From contig NC_058131.1 of assembly GCF_016433145.1 (NCBI RefSeq), positions 211,572,747-211,636,746 of the forward strand: DNA of 64,000 nt. Direction: 5' to 3'. The DNA is from Gracilinanus agilis (lineage: Eukaryota). A model generated the notes under the pieces. That model saw nothing but the letters and a program-made list of their open reading frames with translations. It did no database searches and had not been told where the DNA came from. The translations under genes were made by a program, and so were the position numbers. Below, piece after piece: positions 37,351 through 50,174 of the stretch (positions are counted from its first letter, which is position 1; each line of letters begins with the position of its first letter).

Positions 37351-37639
37351 TACCATGACTGTGGCAACCCATGAAATGAAGAAAAATACAAAATGGCTCC
37401 CTGTACTGTGAAGCCTCCTTCCATTTCTGCACTAAGGAAAAGGTTTTGGGAAAAGGGACAAAGAGTATTAAGAATCACAGAGTTTTTAGAACATTTATAA
37501 AAATGTATTTAACTGTTGGTACATGGAAAAATCCTTGTCTAATGACCAATTAATTAGTTGATTTACTACTAACAGGCCAGAATCATATCAATATTGACAT
37601 TTTGACTACAAATGAAAAGAGTAACATGAACCAGGGTTT

Positions 37640-38250
37640 GGAGATTAAACTTCAAGGTGTGTTGTAAGTACATTTGGGATCAAATGGCTTAATACTTTAG
37701 AGGAGAAACTAGCCCCAGATGGATTAGAAAGCTCTCAAGGGGGAAATTCCAAAGACTTAAGCAGAAACTATTCTGAGAAGAAAGAGAAAAAAGATAGAGG
37801 TGCTCCAACGACTGATGTGTACAGGGAAGTCAACGACAAACCCATATTTTAGAAAGACCTGTACAGAAGGTATAAGAAAAGAAAGTAATCAGGGATGGAT
37901 ACAAAAGAGCAGCATGGTCCTTTTAAGAATCATCTACTGCTCAGAATAAATTGAATCTACAAAGGACTTTTTAAAGATGAGTTGGGGACAAGAGGAAGCT
38001 AAAATAAGTGATAAGACCATTTCTTTGGGTAGAATGATGATAAAGGAGTGTGATGTGAAGGTTGAACTACTCAGCATTACTTTGCTTCTGTCTTCTCTTT
38101 TAAGGAGAATCACTTTTGAACTGAAGATAAAATGATTAAGAGAGTTGAAATCTAGGATAAATGAGATAAGATAGTGTCTAACTGTCTTTAATGAGTTCAA
38201 GTTAACATGACCCAGATGAACATTAAAAGGTACTTTAGAAAGCCTTGTAG
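37640..38250 (+). mobile_element. CR1/L3 ORF2 fragment
   Basis: actactcagcattactttgcttctgtcttctc...atgagttcaagttaacatgacccagatgaa. Confidence 0.6.
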
Positions 38251-38251
38251 T

Positions 38252-38470
38252 ACTAGATACCAAAGAAGTGCCCACCAATTGAGGAAATGGATGAACAAAT
38301 TATGGTATAAACTACCGGGCTGTGAAAAATGACAATAGGGGATGGTTTCAGAGAAACTTGGAAAGATTTGTATGAACAGATACAGAATGAAATACACAGA
38401 ACCAAGAGAATGATTTAAAAAGTAAAAACATTGTAAAGAAAATTAACTGAAAAACTTAAGAATTTTTTGT
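38252..38470 (+). mobile_element. L1 ORF2 end / 3'UTR fragment
   Basis: gtgcccaccaattgaggaaatggatgaacaaattatgg...gaaacttggaaagatttgtatgaac. Confidence 0.7.
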
Positions 38471-39749
38471 TTTGTATTTTGGAGAAGGGGAATAAATTTG
38501 TATAAGAAAATATTGATTTCCCTGAGGGATATCTAGTCTTAGTGAGGCTCTCCAGTGAAGGCTTTCAGAACACCAAGTGACCCTTGGGATGGGAATGGAG
38601 GAGTGGGGAGGAAGCAGACTGCTTTGAAAACAGGGTGCTGAAATAGCTAGGTGACAAATGGACTCTTAGGAAGGGACCTCAAAGGCCATGAACAATGACT
38701 GCTTTCAGCTTTCGGCGAGAGTCCAAGAAAGAGATGAAAACAAACTCTGCATCTTCCTATGATTTCTTAGGATGATAGATGTATCCAATTCCTTCATTTT
38801 ACAAATTTCTACTCTGCTAGCCCTTGATCCAGACAGGGCCAGGTTTATTCCACATGCTCTCCCCCAAATCACAAAATGGTAAGCCTGGCCCAGCTCTCAG
38901 TGAAAGAGAGTCTCTAGGTCTGTGTTGCTCAGATATTTTGCAATATGAAGAGATTCTTGAAGTGGATCTGGGCAGGCTCTCTAGTCTAGGGTAGGGAGCA
39001 GCCCTTGCTCAATCTCCCTCTGAGGAAGAAGCAGCTGTTTTTTTCTTTTTCTTCCTTTATTCAGCTCCTTAGCAATATAGGCAGATCTGATGACACCAGA
39101 CGAGAGCCATAAAACCAATTGTGGTTGAACAAAATGAACGGGTCAAAGATTGAGTCACTTTATATTTGATGTTAAAAATACTCCTAGACTTTTTTTGTAC
39201 TGCCTTTCCTTCTGGTTTCCAAATGGAAAACCACATGAAATTTTACATAAGGTGATGACCTAATAAATCAGAAGCACCCTACTTGAAAGCCAAAAAGACC
39301 TGGAGTTATTTCCGTTCGTTTGTTTTTGAACCATGAGATCTATGCCAGGAATGAGTGAGAGGTAGTATGGTGTAGGGGAAAAGATGCCTGGATTGACATT
39401 CTATTCTGGGCTTTGTTATTTACTATTTGTGTGACCCAGGGCAAGTCATTTAATCCCTTTAAGTTTTGTTTCCTCCTCTATAAAATGACTTAAAAAATCC
39501 CTTCCCCTTCACAGTTACTGAAAAACTCAGTGAGATAATTAATATTGAAAATGCTTTATAATATCTAGCTATACAAATGGAAGGGACAGTGAGCACTATT
39601 TCTCACTATTGTTTATTTAAATTTAAACCATTAGTAAAAATGCTGTAGGTCCATCTGTGTATCTATCTTGGACAATGCTAGTAGACTGGGTCCAGTGTTG
39701 AATAGAAGGAGGAAATGGAGCTGGGGCTCATTTGACTAATCCATCTATT

Positions 39750-40000
39750 CATCTACTTAACAAGCTTTTATCAAGTACCTACTATGAGCCAGGCAATATA
39801 TTAGGTGCCAGGATACAAAAATGAAACAGTCTAGCAGTTGAAGACCTTACAATCTTCCAGGGAAAATAACAGGTACATAGATAAGTAAATGAAAAAATAG
39901 ATTAAAATAACTAAAAATTATTTCCTTTAAAAGGAGAAGCACTAATAACAGGGGAATTAGGAGAGGCTGTTGTCTAGGAAGTGGCACTTAAGCTAAGAGA
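39750..40000 (-). mobile_element. L2 3' end
   Basis: aacaagcttttatcaagtacctactatgagccaggc antisense tail. Confidence 0.62.
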
Positions 40001-40126
40001 CCTAGGAATTTGGGAGATGATTCTTAGCTATTTATTTTCATAACTGTAAATGGACTTTAAAGATTATCTAGTTTGACTCATCTATGAAATTCATAAAGCT
40101 GAAATGATTTACCCAAGGTCTAGATT

Positions 40127-40318
40127 CAGTGGTTCCCAAACTTTTTTGGCCTACTGCCCCCTTTCCAGAAAAAATGTTACTTAGCCCCCTGGAAATTAAT
40201 TTTTAAAAATTTTAATAGCAATTAATAGGAAAGATAAATGCACCTGTGGCCATCACCACTATCCTGGATTGTTGCAGCACCCACCAAGGGGCAGTAGCGC
40301 CCACTTTGGGAATCACTG
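40127..40318. mobile_element. hAT MITE (family A) inserted in a MIR
   Basis: TIRs CAGTGGTTCCCAAACT / ACTTTGGGAATCACTG; TSD not recognisable; flanks rejoin as MIR acccaaggtc...gtaagtggtaga. Confidence 0.93.
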
Positions 40319-41624
40319 GAAGGTAGTAAGTGGTAGAATTCAGGATTCAAAGCCAAGTCCTCTGACCTAAAGGAGGCACTCCATAAGTGAGGTTAATTGT
40401 CTAGGGAGGATTTATGGGAAGACAGGGATGAGAATTGAGAACTGCATAGAGGAAGAGGGTGAAGATAGGTTATGATCTATGCAGGTGAGATTCTCACAAT
40501 GATCCAGTGAAGTACTATAGATCCTGTACGTACTACAGATATTATTGCCATTTTTCAGAGGAGGCACTGGGCAATTTAGGGGGAAAAAAAAAAGATGAGA
40601 CATCTTGCTGAGTAGTTAGTGCCTTCTGAATTCAAGTGTAGTTGTTGTTTTTTTTGGCCTTTCTTCTTAAACTTCCAGGTTGCTGAGCCTAGTGTCTCCT
40701 TGGGCAACTTCATTCTCATACATAATAAGCATTTCCCAGACTACTTAATTTTCGTTTCAGAAGGCTTGATTATGAACCAAACTTGAAATAACTCTTTGGA
40801 GTTCATATAACTTTGGCATTCTAGATTCCTTAGCTTTCCAACTCTAAAACTCTTCCATTCTCCTTGAAAGATAAATAAATGGGTGATAAAAAGGGGAAAA
40901 GCTTTGTATCCTCAATGCTTATCATAATGATTTATGTATAGTAGGCACTCAATGGCTAAAATTTATATATAGTCTTGTATGAATTACTTGATATAGCAAT
41001 TTGGTATGGTTTCCTTTTGTGTCATACATATGTTTTCTATTGATTGGGCTGACTAAGATTGGGTTTGCTCACCTTTAGGTAATTGCCTATAAGTTGAGTG
41101 CTGGGTTATTATGAGCCATGCATGTATGTTTCATTATTATTTTTGTTCATATTCTTAATTCTATGGCTTTTAAAACTAGAAATTACTCTAAGGAAATATA
41201 CAAATGTTGTAGCTCTTAAAGGAGTACCCTTCAAAGACTATTAGAGATATTGCAATGATTATTGGTTTGGGGGAATTTGTATTTTGAGTATCATTAAAAT
41301 CCACAACAAAACAGGATCAGTTGTACCTAAACAAAAAAGATAGTTGAAAAAAATTTAAAACTAAGAACTGACAAAGTTTTGCTATAAAACAGCCTTATCA
41401 ATACCCTCAAAATTAAAAAAAAGACCTTCAAAGGGACTGGACAACTGAAGAGGCCATTATTAATTCCTCTATAGTCAGTGTAAGTTTTTTGAAGTTCGAA
41501 GATTTGCAAGAAAACTAGTAAAAAACAGTAACAGCAACAAAAAAAAGCTGCTAACCATTGATTCACAGAGATAAAAGCTTGTCATGGGCTTTATTTTGTA
41601 GGTGTAATAAAACAGATAGTATAA

Positions 41625-41790
41625 AGATTGGAATAGAGGCATCTAAATGGAAGTCTAATGTTTAAGTCTAGCCTCTGATACTTCCTAGCTGTGTGACCTT
41701 GGGCAAATCATTTAACCCCACTTATTGACCCATTACTGCTTCGGAACTATTATCAATTCTAAGACAGAAGGTGAGGGCTTTTTTTTAAAG
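41625..41790 (+). mobile_element. Older SINE1-like copy
   Basis: cttcctagctgtgtgaccttgggcaaatc...aattctaagacagaaggtgaggg. Confidence 0.75.
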
Positions 41791-42409
41791 GCTAGGATAC
41801 TTGCAATTAAAAAACAACATATGAAATAGTTTTTTATTCAAGACTATGCTGAAACTCCTGTCAGAAGAAGTCCAGGCAAGCCAGTAAGATCTAGGCATCT
41901 TTATCAGGTTTAGAAACACATTCCTCCTCCCCCCCCTCCAAAAAAAAAATTGTTGGAGGGACTTTTTTTTTGTTTTAACTTCCAAAGGGCCTAAAAATCT
42001 TGTCTCTATTGAGGGAATAGTGAATTCTACTAATTATTTTGACATACTGAAAAACAGAATTATTTCATAATCATAGAAATTCTCAAATAAAGATGAAATA
42101 TTGCATTATGACCTTGTACTTCAGCATGTGTCCTGAGGCATCAATGGTGTGGGTATTCACTGAATTTTAAACCAAATGAAATCTTTGGGCCATAATTTAG
42201 GAAAGATTTGTAAATATGGACTGTATCTCAAAGGCAAACTTTGATGTACTTGTGATCAAATGTGTGGTTTTATAATTAAAAATTAAAGAATTTATGCCAA
42301 ATCTTATGGACTCTATGCTAAATCATGTAAAATAAGTCCTACCAAAAGGAGGATATACTTCCTATTAAAAATGTTTTAAAATGTAAAAAGTTAAAAGATT
42401 AAAAATACT

Positions 42410-42590
42410 TACTACATATTATGTTATTTGATTCTCACAACCAACTCTAGTACAATAAGTATTATCATGATTTTATAAAGAAGGAAACTGAGGCTAAAAG
42501 CTTACGTGATTTTCCTATAATTATACAAGTGCTAGGAGGGATTTGAACCCTAGTCTATCCTGACATCCTTTCCACAAGGCCACACTGCAT
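42410..42590 (-). mobile_element. MIR
   Basis: ttttataaagaaggaaactgaggctaaaag...ggatttgaaccc. Confidence 0.65.
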
Positions 42591-43904
42591 CTTTGTTATT
42601 AAATATTTATCAAACCTCATTTGAAATGATTATGTGGATGATCCTCTGTGGTAAACGCAAATAATGAGAGTCCTAGGAAGAAAAAATGACTTCTGCCTGG
42701 AGGCTGTAGAAAGAAGGAAAATTAAGTATAAGGGAGAGGGGAATGTGTGTGTTTAGGGGACCATGAATGTGCTGGGAGCTCTCCAAAGTCAGGCAATGGT
42801 AGGTGGCTAGCAGTAGCAGTGTCAAAGGTGCATCTGGATGCAACCCTATGAGTTTCTCTTCTCCCTAATCAAATGCCACTCTGCCAACAGGCACTTGTCC
42901 TGGTTGAGTCTCTCTCGAGGTGAAAAGAAAAGGCAGTCCAGGGCATGCTCTGGAATATTATGAAATATTATATAAATATTGCAGGTACTCTCTCTAGCCC
43001 TCCACCAGCCCAGCCTCACCTGGGGAAATTTCTTCCCCTTTTCAATTTGCTTCCTCTGCTAAATTAGACTAAGAGAATTAGAAATGATCCCAGATTTTAA
43101 TCACAGTTTCAAAGAGCACAGAAACACAAATACAAAAATCCCCAGACATGAAGGCACAAATCAACACGTACATGGACACACACGCACACACACACGCACA
43201 CACAGAGGCACAACACGGATTACTGACTCACAGACAGGAGCCAGGCAACCGTGATGCTGAGCCAGCCCAAACTCTGCAGTCCATCGAAGCAGTGCCAAAT
43301 GAGGGAACTCGGCCCATGAGGTAATTCTCCTATAACTAGGGCAATGAATTCATAAGCTGTCCACACCCCCAAGGAGAGAGCTGAGTGAGGACAGGTTAAT
43401 TGCAAAGGGTGTACCTGCTGCCCGGCCCAGGCTGGTTGTGATGCCAGGACTGCTCACGATACTGAGTTAGGCACCCTACTCTGTGGGGCAGAACCAGAGC
43501 CCTGACTTCTTAAGAAGGCCTAGACCCTGGGCCAACTTAGAGCTCACAGAAGCCAGCGTTGTAGAAACCCCATTCCTTACACTATCATTGGCTTCCAAAT
43601 CAAAACCCCATCTATCGGTTCCCTCCGTACCATTTTTTCTTCCTCCGATTCTCTCTTTAAATTCTTTACTTTTAGGGTCTGCCTTACAAATGCAAAGATT
43701 CTGGAGAGCAGCCAGAATTAGGTACTGTGAGATGACAGAAAAATGATTCTGCCTGCTAAATTGATCAATCCACAAATATTTCTATAATGGGAGGACTAGG
43801 TCTTCACTCATCAGGATAAGCACCAACCCTGAGTTGACTTTTCTAATTCCATCTCAAACTGGACATTTGGATCACTAGAAAGCAAATGACTATTTCTCTC
43901 CCCA

Positions 43905-44815
43905 TGTGTCAGGGTATCCTGAGGGGTGTATAGTTGGAAAATCTTGAACCCCTAAAAACGACATCCCCAGACTTCCTTTCTGTATAACCTAGAATGCTTT
44001 CCCCTTTGTCCACGTTTTCGTGGTCATGTCTGAGGAAGTTCTGAAGCTCTGCCTCCCTCTTTCTCTTTTTTTGCTCAGGCAAGTGGGCTGAATAGCCAGG
44101 TCTCTTTCTTTAGTTATTATTAATAAAACTTTATTAAGTATAATACTTAGTTATTGGATATTAATTTTTAAATCTACAGGGGTCGTGGCTTCTAAAAATG
44201 TTACTCACAAGTCACAACTCACTCAGTCTCATGTACTTCTCTAAATATTGATTAACCAGTTGATAGAAATTAACTTTTATAAAGAGATATTTACTGAGAA
44301 AGTAGGATAATGGTAGAGGTTTCAAAAACAGGCTCCCAAATTAGGATGCTCCCTCCCCTCACTCCTCACTCTTTCCTGGGGGAGAATGGGTTCAAATTTA
44401 AGTACAAAGGCACATAGTTTCCTGTATAGAGAAGGAGACTAAAGAATTCCTTTTGGCTCCTAGCCTAAGGGAGTCCTTTTCTACCCTTTCAGAGTGCCCA
44501 TCAAGTTTGCTGCTAGGTGAGGCATCACTGTTAGTTACATTAATAACATGCCATATGAGTAACACAGCCCTTGATCAGGTAGCCTAGTTCCTTGTAGGTC
44601 ATGATGTTTCAGCTGATAGGTCCATCCACTATTGGGCAGAGTCAAGTGGGTCAGGGCTGGCTCCTTAACACATTCAGCTACTGCTGCTACCAGATCCAGT
44701 GGTCTCTGCTACCGGTTTTGATTGCTGAAGGGGTCTTCTAATGATTCTCCCGATCTTTTGAAGCTCACAAGATTATCACTTGTTCCATTCTGTCTCTGAA
44801 AAATCATTTACCTAA
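43905..44815 (-). mobile_element. Solo LTR (outer, probably antisense) interrupted by a second LTR
   Basis: tgtcagggtatcctgaGGGG...GGGGtcgtggcttc rejoins across the inner element; right boundary uncertain. Confidence 0.5.
43927..44178 (+). mobile_element. Solo ERV LTR (inner, 252 bp)
   Basis: TG...CA ends, AATAAA at 44122-44127, 4-bp TSD GGGG at 43923-43926 and 44179-44182. Confidence 0.82.
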
Positions 44816-44957
44816 AATAAGGAAAAAGCATTCACAAAAGAAACAGATACCATGTACTCAGGGACACCTGGCTGCTAAGTAGGAGATAAAACAGTCAGCT
44901 CCCCTTCTCGCCCTGGTGACTCACAACAATATTCCTCTCTTGAAATGAAAGAGAAGG

Positions 44958-45116
44958 GGAGGTTAGGTAGCACAGTGGATAGAGAGCCATGTCTCTAGGC
45001 AAGAGGATGCGAGTTCAAATATGACTTCTGATACTTCCTAGCTATGTGGCCTAGGCAAGCCACTTAACCCCAATTGCCATTCTTCTATCTTCAAGCCAAT
45101 ACTTAGTATCCAGTCT
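44958..45116 (+). mobile_element. SINE1-like copy running into gap
   Basis: ggtagcacagtggatagagagcc...ggcaagccacttaaccccaattgcc. Confidence 0.78.
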
Positions 45117-45277
45117 NNNNNNNNNNNNNNNNNNNNNNNNNNNNNNNNNNNNNNNNNNNNNNNNNNNNNNNNNNNNNNNNNNNNNNNNNNNNNNNNNNNN
45201 NNNNNNNNNNNNNNNNNNNNNNNNNNNNNNNNNNNNNNNNNNNNNNNNNNNNNNNNNNNNNNNNNNNNNNNNNNNNN
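45117..45277. other. Assembly gap (161 N)
   Basis: Run of N. Confidence 0.99.
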
Positions 45278-48200
45278 AAAGACAAATAGAAAGAGAGAAA
45301 GAAATGGCAGAGATAAGAGATTGTCCCCTGGGATGTTTTGTATAACTTAGTTCTGACTTCTCAAAAATTAGAAGACTGTCACAATAATAACAGTCACTCA
45401 TAGCCCAAAGAAGACTCACCAAACTTCCACATGGTGGATTGAAACTAAGCAGAGAACACTGCACAAGAGCCATCACTTGTCTCTCCCAACATTAGATTTA
45501 TTATACAGCCAGGTTGTTTTACAGAAATGTCATCACAGAGTGCTTTGCCCTTGTTCATCCTATAAGATAAACCAGTTAGAAGAAATGTTTTCTAAGGATA
45601 GATAAGCTCCCTGAGAGCAGGGATCATTTCAATTTTGAGTTCTAACACCTAGCTATGCCTGGCACATAGTAGGCACTTCACAGATGCTTGCTAATTGGTT
45701 GATTAATTTAGGCTATTTCCAATTACAGTAGAGAAGAAAAAGCCCTTGAGTTAGAATATCTGAGTGCAAATCTTGGCTCTGCTGCTTACTACATATAGAC
45801 AACGCACTTTTCAAGAATGAGTTTACATCTCAGAAATTAGCAAAGATGACAATGCAGATATTGTGTTTCATTGATTGTCTAGATTTGAGAAAATGATGGT
45901 GAAAATAGTAATAATGCAGATTAAACTTAGAAGTGTGTAATTTACTCTTTTCTCCCTGCAGAAAGTTGGTTGTTAAACATTTATCAGTACATCCCTGATT
46001 TTATGCCTGTGTGTTTCATCTGTGTGTTTTATCATCTGCAAAATGAGAGACTTAACTGCAGCTAATGATCACTGAAGTTTTTTCCAATGCTACAATGTTA
46101 GGATTACATAATATTATTCTTTCTGCTTCTCTGAGTGGTTTGGGAGGAATCTCAGAATACTGTAACTTAGGAATTTTAAGGAAAGACTTGACTGAGAGCC
46201 AATTTCATTCCAGGTCACTGGCCCACTCTTTCAATTTTAATTCCATGACATTCCCACTAGCCCTTCGCAGTCCACACAGACCATTAAGACCCTGAAGAGT
46301 AATCCCAGTCTTCCAGGCACTGTAGCTCCAAATGGACAGAGCAGTTGCCCAAGTGTGGGTCATGGAATCAAGCACTTTAGAGCTCATTTGGGCAAACACC
46401 CACATTTTCCATATACGGTAACTGATACTTAGAGAAGTGAAATTAATCAATCAGTTTTTAAGAGTGTAGTAAGCAAGAGAGGTGAGATTTAAACCAAGTT
46501 CCTTTGACTCCAAAGTCAATGCTCTTTCCATGGTATTCTATGCTTGGGGAATGTTCTATTCCCAATTGAGGATATTTTTACTTTTCTTATATATTTCCTG
46601 AAAAATGTTCCCTTATCCAGCTCTCAGTCCCAAACTACCAGGGTCCTGAAAGCATGTCCTGAGTGGAGAACAGACCTCTCTTTTTTATGTGAGGTTGGCA
46701 AAAAGCTTCTTTGGTACTTTTCCACCAGTAGGAAGACACCAACCATCACTACTTGTCTTTTCTTCTGGGTCACTTGGTGATTTTGAATGATTTTTCATTT
46801 TTAAAATTTCATTGGAGAATATTTTCTTCTGATACTACCTATGGCATAGCACACATGGCAACAGGCGCATTCTAAGAATTTAATGAATTCTTGTGGATGA
46901 ATGACTGAATCACTATTCCTTTGAGCATGAGAAGCTTCTCCTTCCTGAAAAAGTCTATTTCCCCTTCACTGGAAAGAGCTTTTCACTTTTACTTAGTTCC
47001 AAGGGTTCAATGATCCTTCTTTTCCCACCTTTCTGTGTCATTTTCTTATATTCTCCAGCCTGCTGCTAGAAGTTAACAAGCCCTTCAGCCTCTTCACACC
47101 TCGTTCCTTCCTTGTCTTCTCTTGGAGGCACTTCCATTTTTTTCAGAGAACCCGGCATTCTTTCCAATAACTTGGGAAGTAGAAATGCTTCTTTCAGGCC
47201 TTTGCCTCCTCTAGGCCAAAGATTGTGAATTATACCTTATGCATATATAAGGATTGCTTGCTATCGGCTTAAATGCAAACATTATATTCTCTCTGAAAGT
47301 CATTACAATGTATGTTGAAAATTATTACATGTAATTCAGAAAGTAAAATATTTTTAAAAATTAAATGATTTTAAAAGAAAGTCATTATGAAATTTTCTTG
47401 TCTTTCAAAGTTGCTTACATTTGAGTCCTTAGTCTTTTTGTCTTTTTGTAGTTCTCTTGCTTACCAGCAGCTAACCTTTAAAGCAAATTTCCTCTTTGTC
47501 TCTTCTTTGCTCTGTGGGAAGCTGTTTCTGGGGGCCATTCCAACGAGGCTTACTTTATTTAAGTTTCCCCAAATAAGTTGATTCTCTTAATTGGAATAGT
47601 TTCCTTCCTCATGTAAAATTTCATTTGTTAACTTTTTTATGTGGGAAATTGTTTTCTCTCTATCTAAGATTGGCTAATAAAAATGTGATGACCTTTTTTA
47701 AGGTCAGTATGATAGAACAGAAAAGTGCTTTTTGGGCTTGAACAGAAAAATGCAGCTCAAAAGATTGAAATGCTATTTTATAAGCCAACGTAAGAAGGAA
47801 CACATCATTCCAGGATAATAACATGTTTTTTTTTATCATGGAAACAGTCTATTTCAGGCAGGTCAGTATTAATTTGATGCCTCGCGGCATGTGAAAATGA
47901 TCTTATGCAAATATGGACGCTTGTGAATTTTTTTGGTTTTTAAAAGTGCAATAACTCCTTTATGTCTGAAAGCAGATGACCCAATTTTCAACCTTCTCAT
48001 TCCTGTTTATGGCCATCTTTACACAGTGCCAAAATAGCCAGCAGAGAAATCATTCACAGAATCATAGGACCTTAGAATTAGAAAAGCTATTCTTAGTCCA
48101 ATCCCAAACCCAGTTTTCAAAGTATTCTTTATTGTATGTGGCACCAAACCATGAGTCATTTAGTTTATTAAAGTTTTATTGATAATGATGATAACAGTGA

Positions 48201-48719
48201 TCTCTTATACCTATATTCTGGGTGTGGCAAATGACTTAAATGAGAGAAAAAAAGGAAGGGAACCATGCCACTCCATATTTTTTTCATTCTCTTCCCAAGC
48301 ACTTTCTTTCTAAACACAAAATGCCTAGCAGAACCTTTGCTAATTAGATGTGTCCATTCAGTTTCAAATAACCAAACATTAGTGAATGGCTTTATGTGCA
48401 AAGAACCAAGGGTGATACAAACATGGCACTGCAATGTCCTCTCTTGCATAGTCCCTGGTATACAGTAGATGCTTAATACATATGTGTTGATTCTTGCCTA
48501 TATGCCCCAGGAAGAACTAATTCATGTTCAAAATACTTTCTGTCTGCATTCACTTAAATTCATAGTTCATGAGCCCCCACTGATATTTTTATTTTTACTA
48601 GTTAACCAGAAGTCACAATTAGTTCTAAACAAATGTATTTAATGAAAGAGCTTTTCCAAGCCCACCCACCTTCATAATTATGTAGACCTCTCTGAAACCC
48701 TTTTTACAACTATATAGAT

Positions 48720-48929
48720 CAGTGATGGTGAACCTTTAAGAGGGGCGGGTGATGTGAGAAATGTTCTCAGGAGTGTGTGGAGAAGGGGAGGGGATCAGCC
48801 TGGCCCCTCATCCTTCTGGCTTTCTACTAATGAACTCTTGTGGACTCTGTGCTGGGTGTGTGGTGTGAGCCCACAGAGAGCACTCTGAGTGCTCCCTCTG
48901 GCACGCAGGCCATAGGTTCATCACCACGG
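48720..48929. mobile_element. hAT MITE (family C)
   Basis: CAGTGATGGTGAACCT ... ggcacgcaggccatAGGTTCATCACCACGG (degenerate TIR); TSD atatagat / ctatagac (6/8). Confidence 0.8.
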
Positions 48930-48988
48930 CTATAGACCATAAGAAGAGTAGACTTACGTAGAGAGAGTGCATGGGAGTCCAGTCATCT

Positions 48989-49062
48989 AGGGAACGTGTG
49001 TGGTTAGTCTATACATAGAGAAAACATGTGTGGTCAGTCTATACACAGAGGGAACATGTATG
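48989..49062. repeat. 30-bp tandem repeat, about 2.5 copies
   Basis: agggaacgtgtgtggttagtctatacatag / agaaaacatgtgtggtcagtctatacacag / agggaacatgtatg. Confidence 0.85.
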
Positions 49063-49270
49063 TCCAGGGCACATGCATGGTAGGGAACACATAAGAAATA
49101 TATATAGCCAGGACATTGGGTGGGGGGGGTGGGAGAGTCAGGACAACTCATTCTCCTGGTGCTGTGGGGTCATTGTTGTTTTCTGGTGAAGTCTACATGG
49201 TATTCCTACTGGGCCTGCACCTTGTATCACCACTACCTCCCACTGGATATCTTCCTCTACTGTTCTAGGG

Positions 49271-49502
49271 CATCAGTTCTCAAAGTGTAGTCCAGGCAAT
49301 CCCAAGGATCCCCAAGACTTTTTCAAGGGATCCTTGAAATAAAAACTATTTTTAAAACAATGCTAAGAGGTTTTAATTTCTAATACAGTAAATATACTTA
49401 GATATAACCCACACAGACAAAAGCTCTTGGGAAGAGGGAGGGACTTTGATAATTTCAAGAGTGTAAAGGGGTAGTGAAAATCTAAAGGCTTGAGAACCAT
49501 TG
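49271..49502. mobile_element. Old hAT-Charlie MITE (MER113-like)
   Basis: ttctcaaagtgtagtcc ... gatataacccacacagacaaaagctc ... aagagtgtaaagggg ... ttgagaaccattg. Confidence 0.7.
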
Positions 49503-50174
49503 CTTTAGCAGAAAAGAGCCAAATTGTCAGTAGATGCCCTAAAGACACAAAGCCTAAAAGCTGTTAGCAGAATGAAATTTAAAAGAAAAGAGCCATGGGA
49601 ATATCCTGTTTTAAGGCCCTCTCCTTCCTATAGATTCTTTCTTCCTCATTCCAATTCCTATTTTCCTCTCTGCAATCTATGTCCATATCTATCTCTTTTG
49701 AATTTTTATTTACCTCTTTATCAAAGGCAATGATGATTCAAAACAATCACCTGGAAGATCTGTCCACTTACCCAATTTAATGGGAAAGTCAGAAGCATGT
49801 GCTTGTAATTGGCAAAAAACTGTAGGCTAGGATAGAGATAAGATCCAGATATAGGTGGCCAGAATTAGCTGCCTGTGGATTTTTTTCCCGTTTGGGTTTA
49901 GACTTCCTCATCAACATGTGGGGCAAGGGAAATGAACTGCCATTGGAATGACAACTTTAGGTTTGGGACTATCTAATTCTTGCAACTTCAGGCTGCTGTA
50001 TCCAAAGGCTCTACCTATAATTTATTAGGATCAGAGAAGAAGGACAGAGATCATGAACACTCCTTTGAATCTGCTGTGCTTGGAGATTAAGATGTTAGGT
50101 ATTAGTCCTGAGGAGCCAAGTCAGATCCTGGAGGGGCTGAAACTGACAGCTATTGAAAATCTCATTGGCTCTTT

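Noticed and set aside
39040-39145. Strong polypyrimidine tract plus CAG acceptor at about 39063
   Set aside because: All three frames close within 48 nt and there is no clear donor; an isolated acceptor is not evidence of an exon.
45935-46060. Acceptor-like ttttctccctgcag
   Set aside because: No recognisable peptide or donor downstream.
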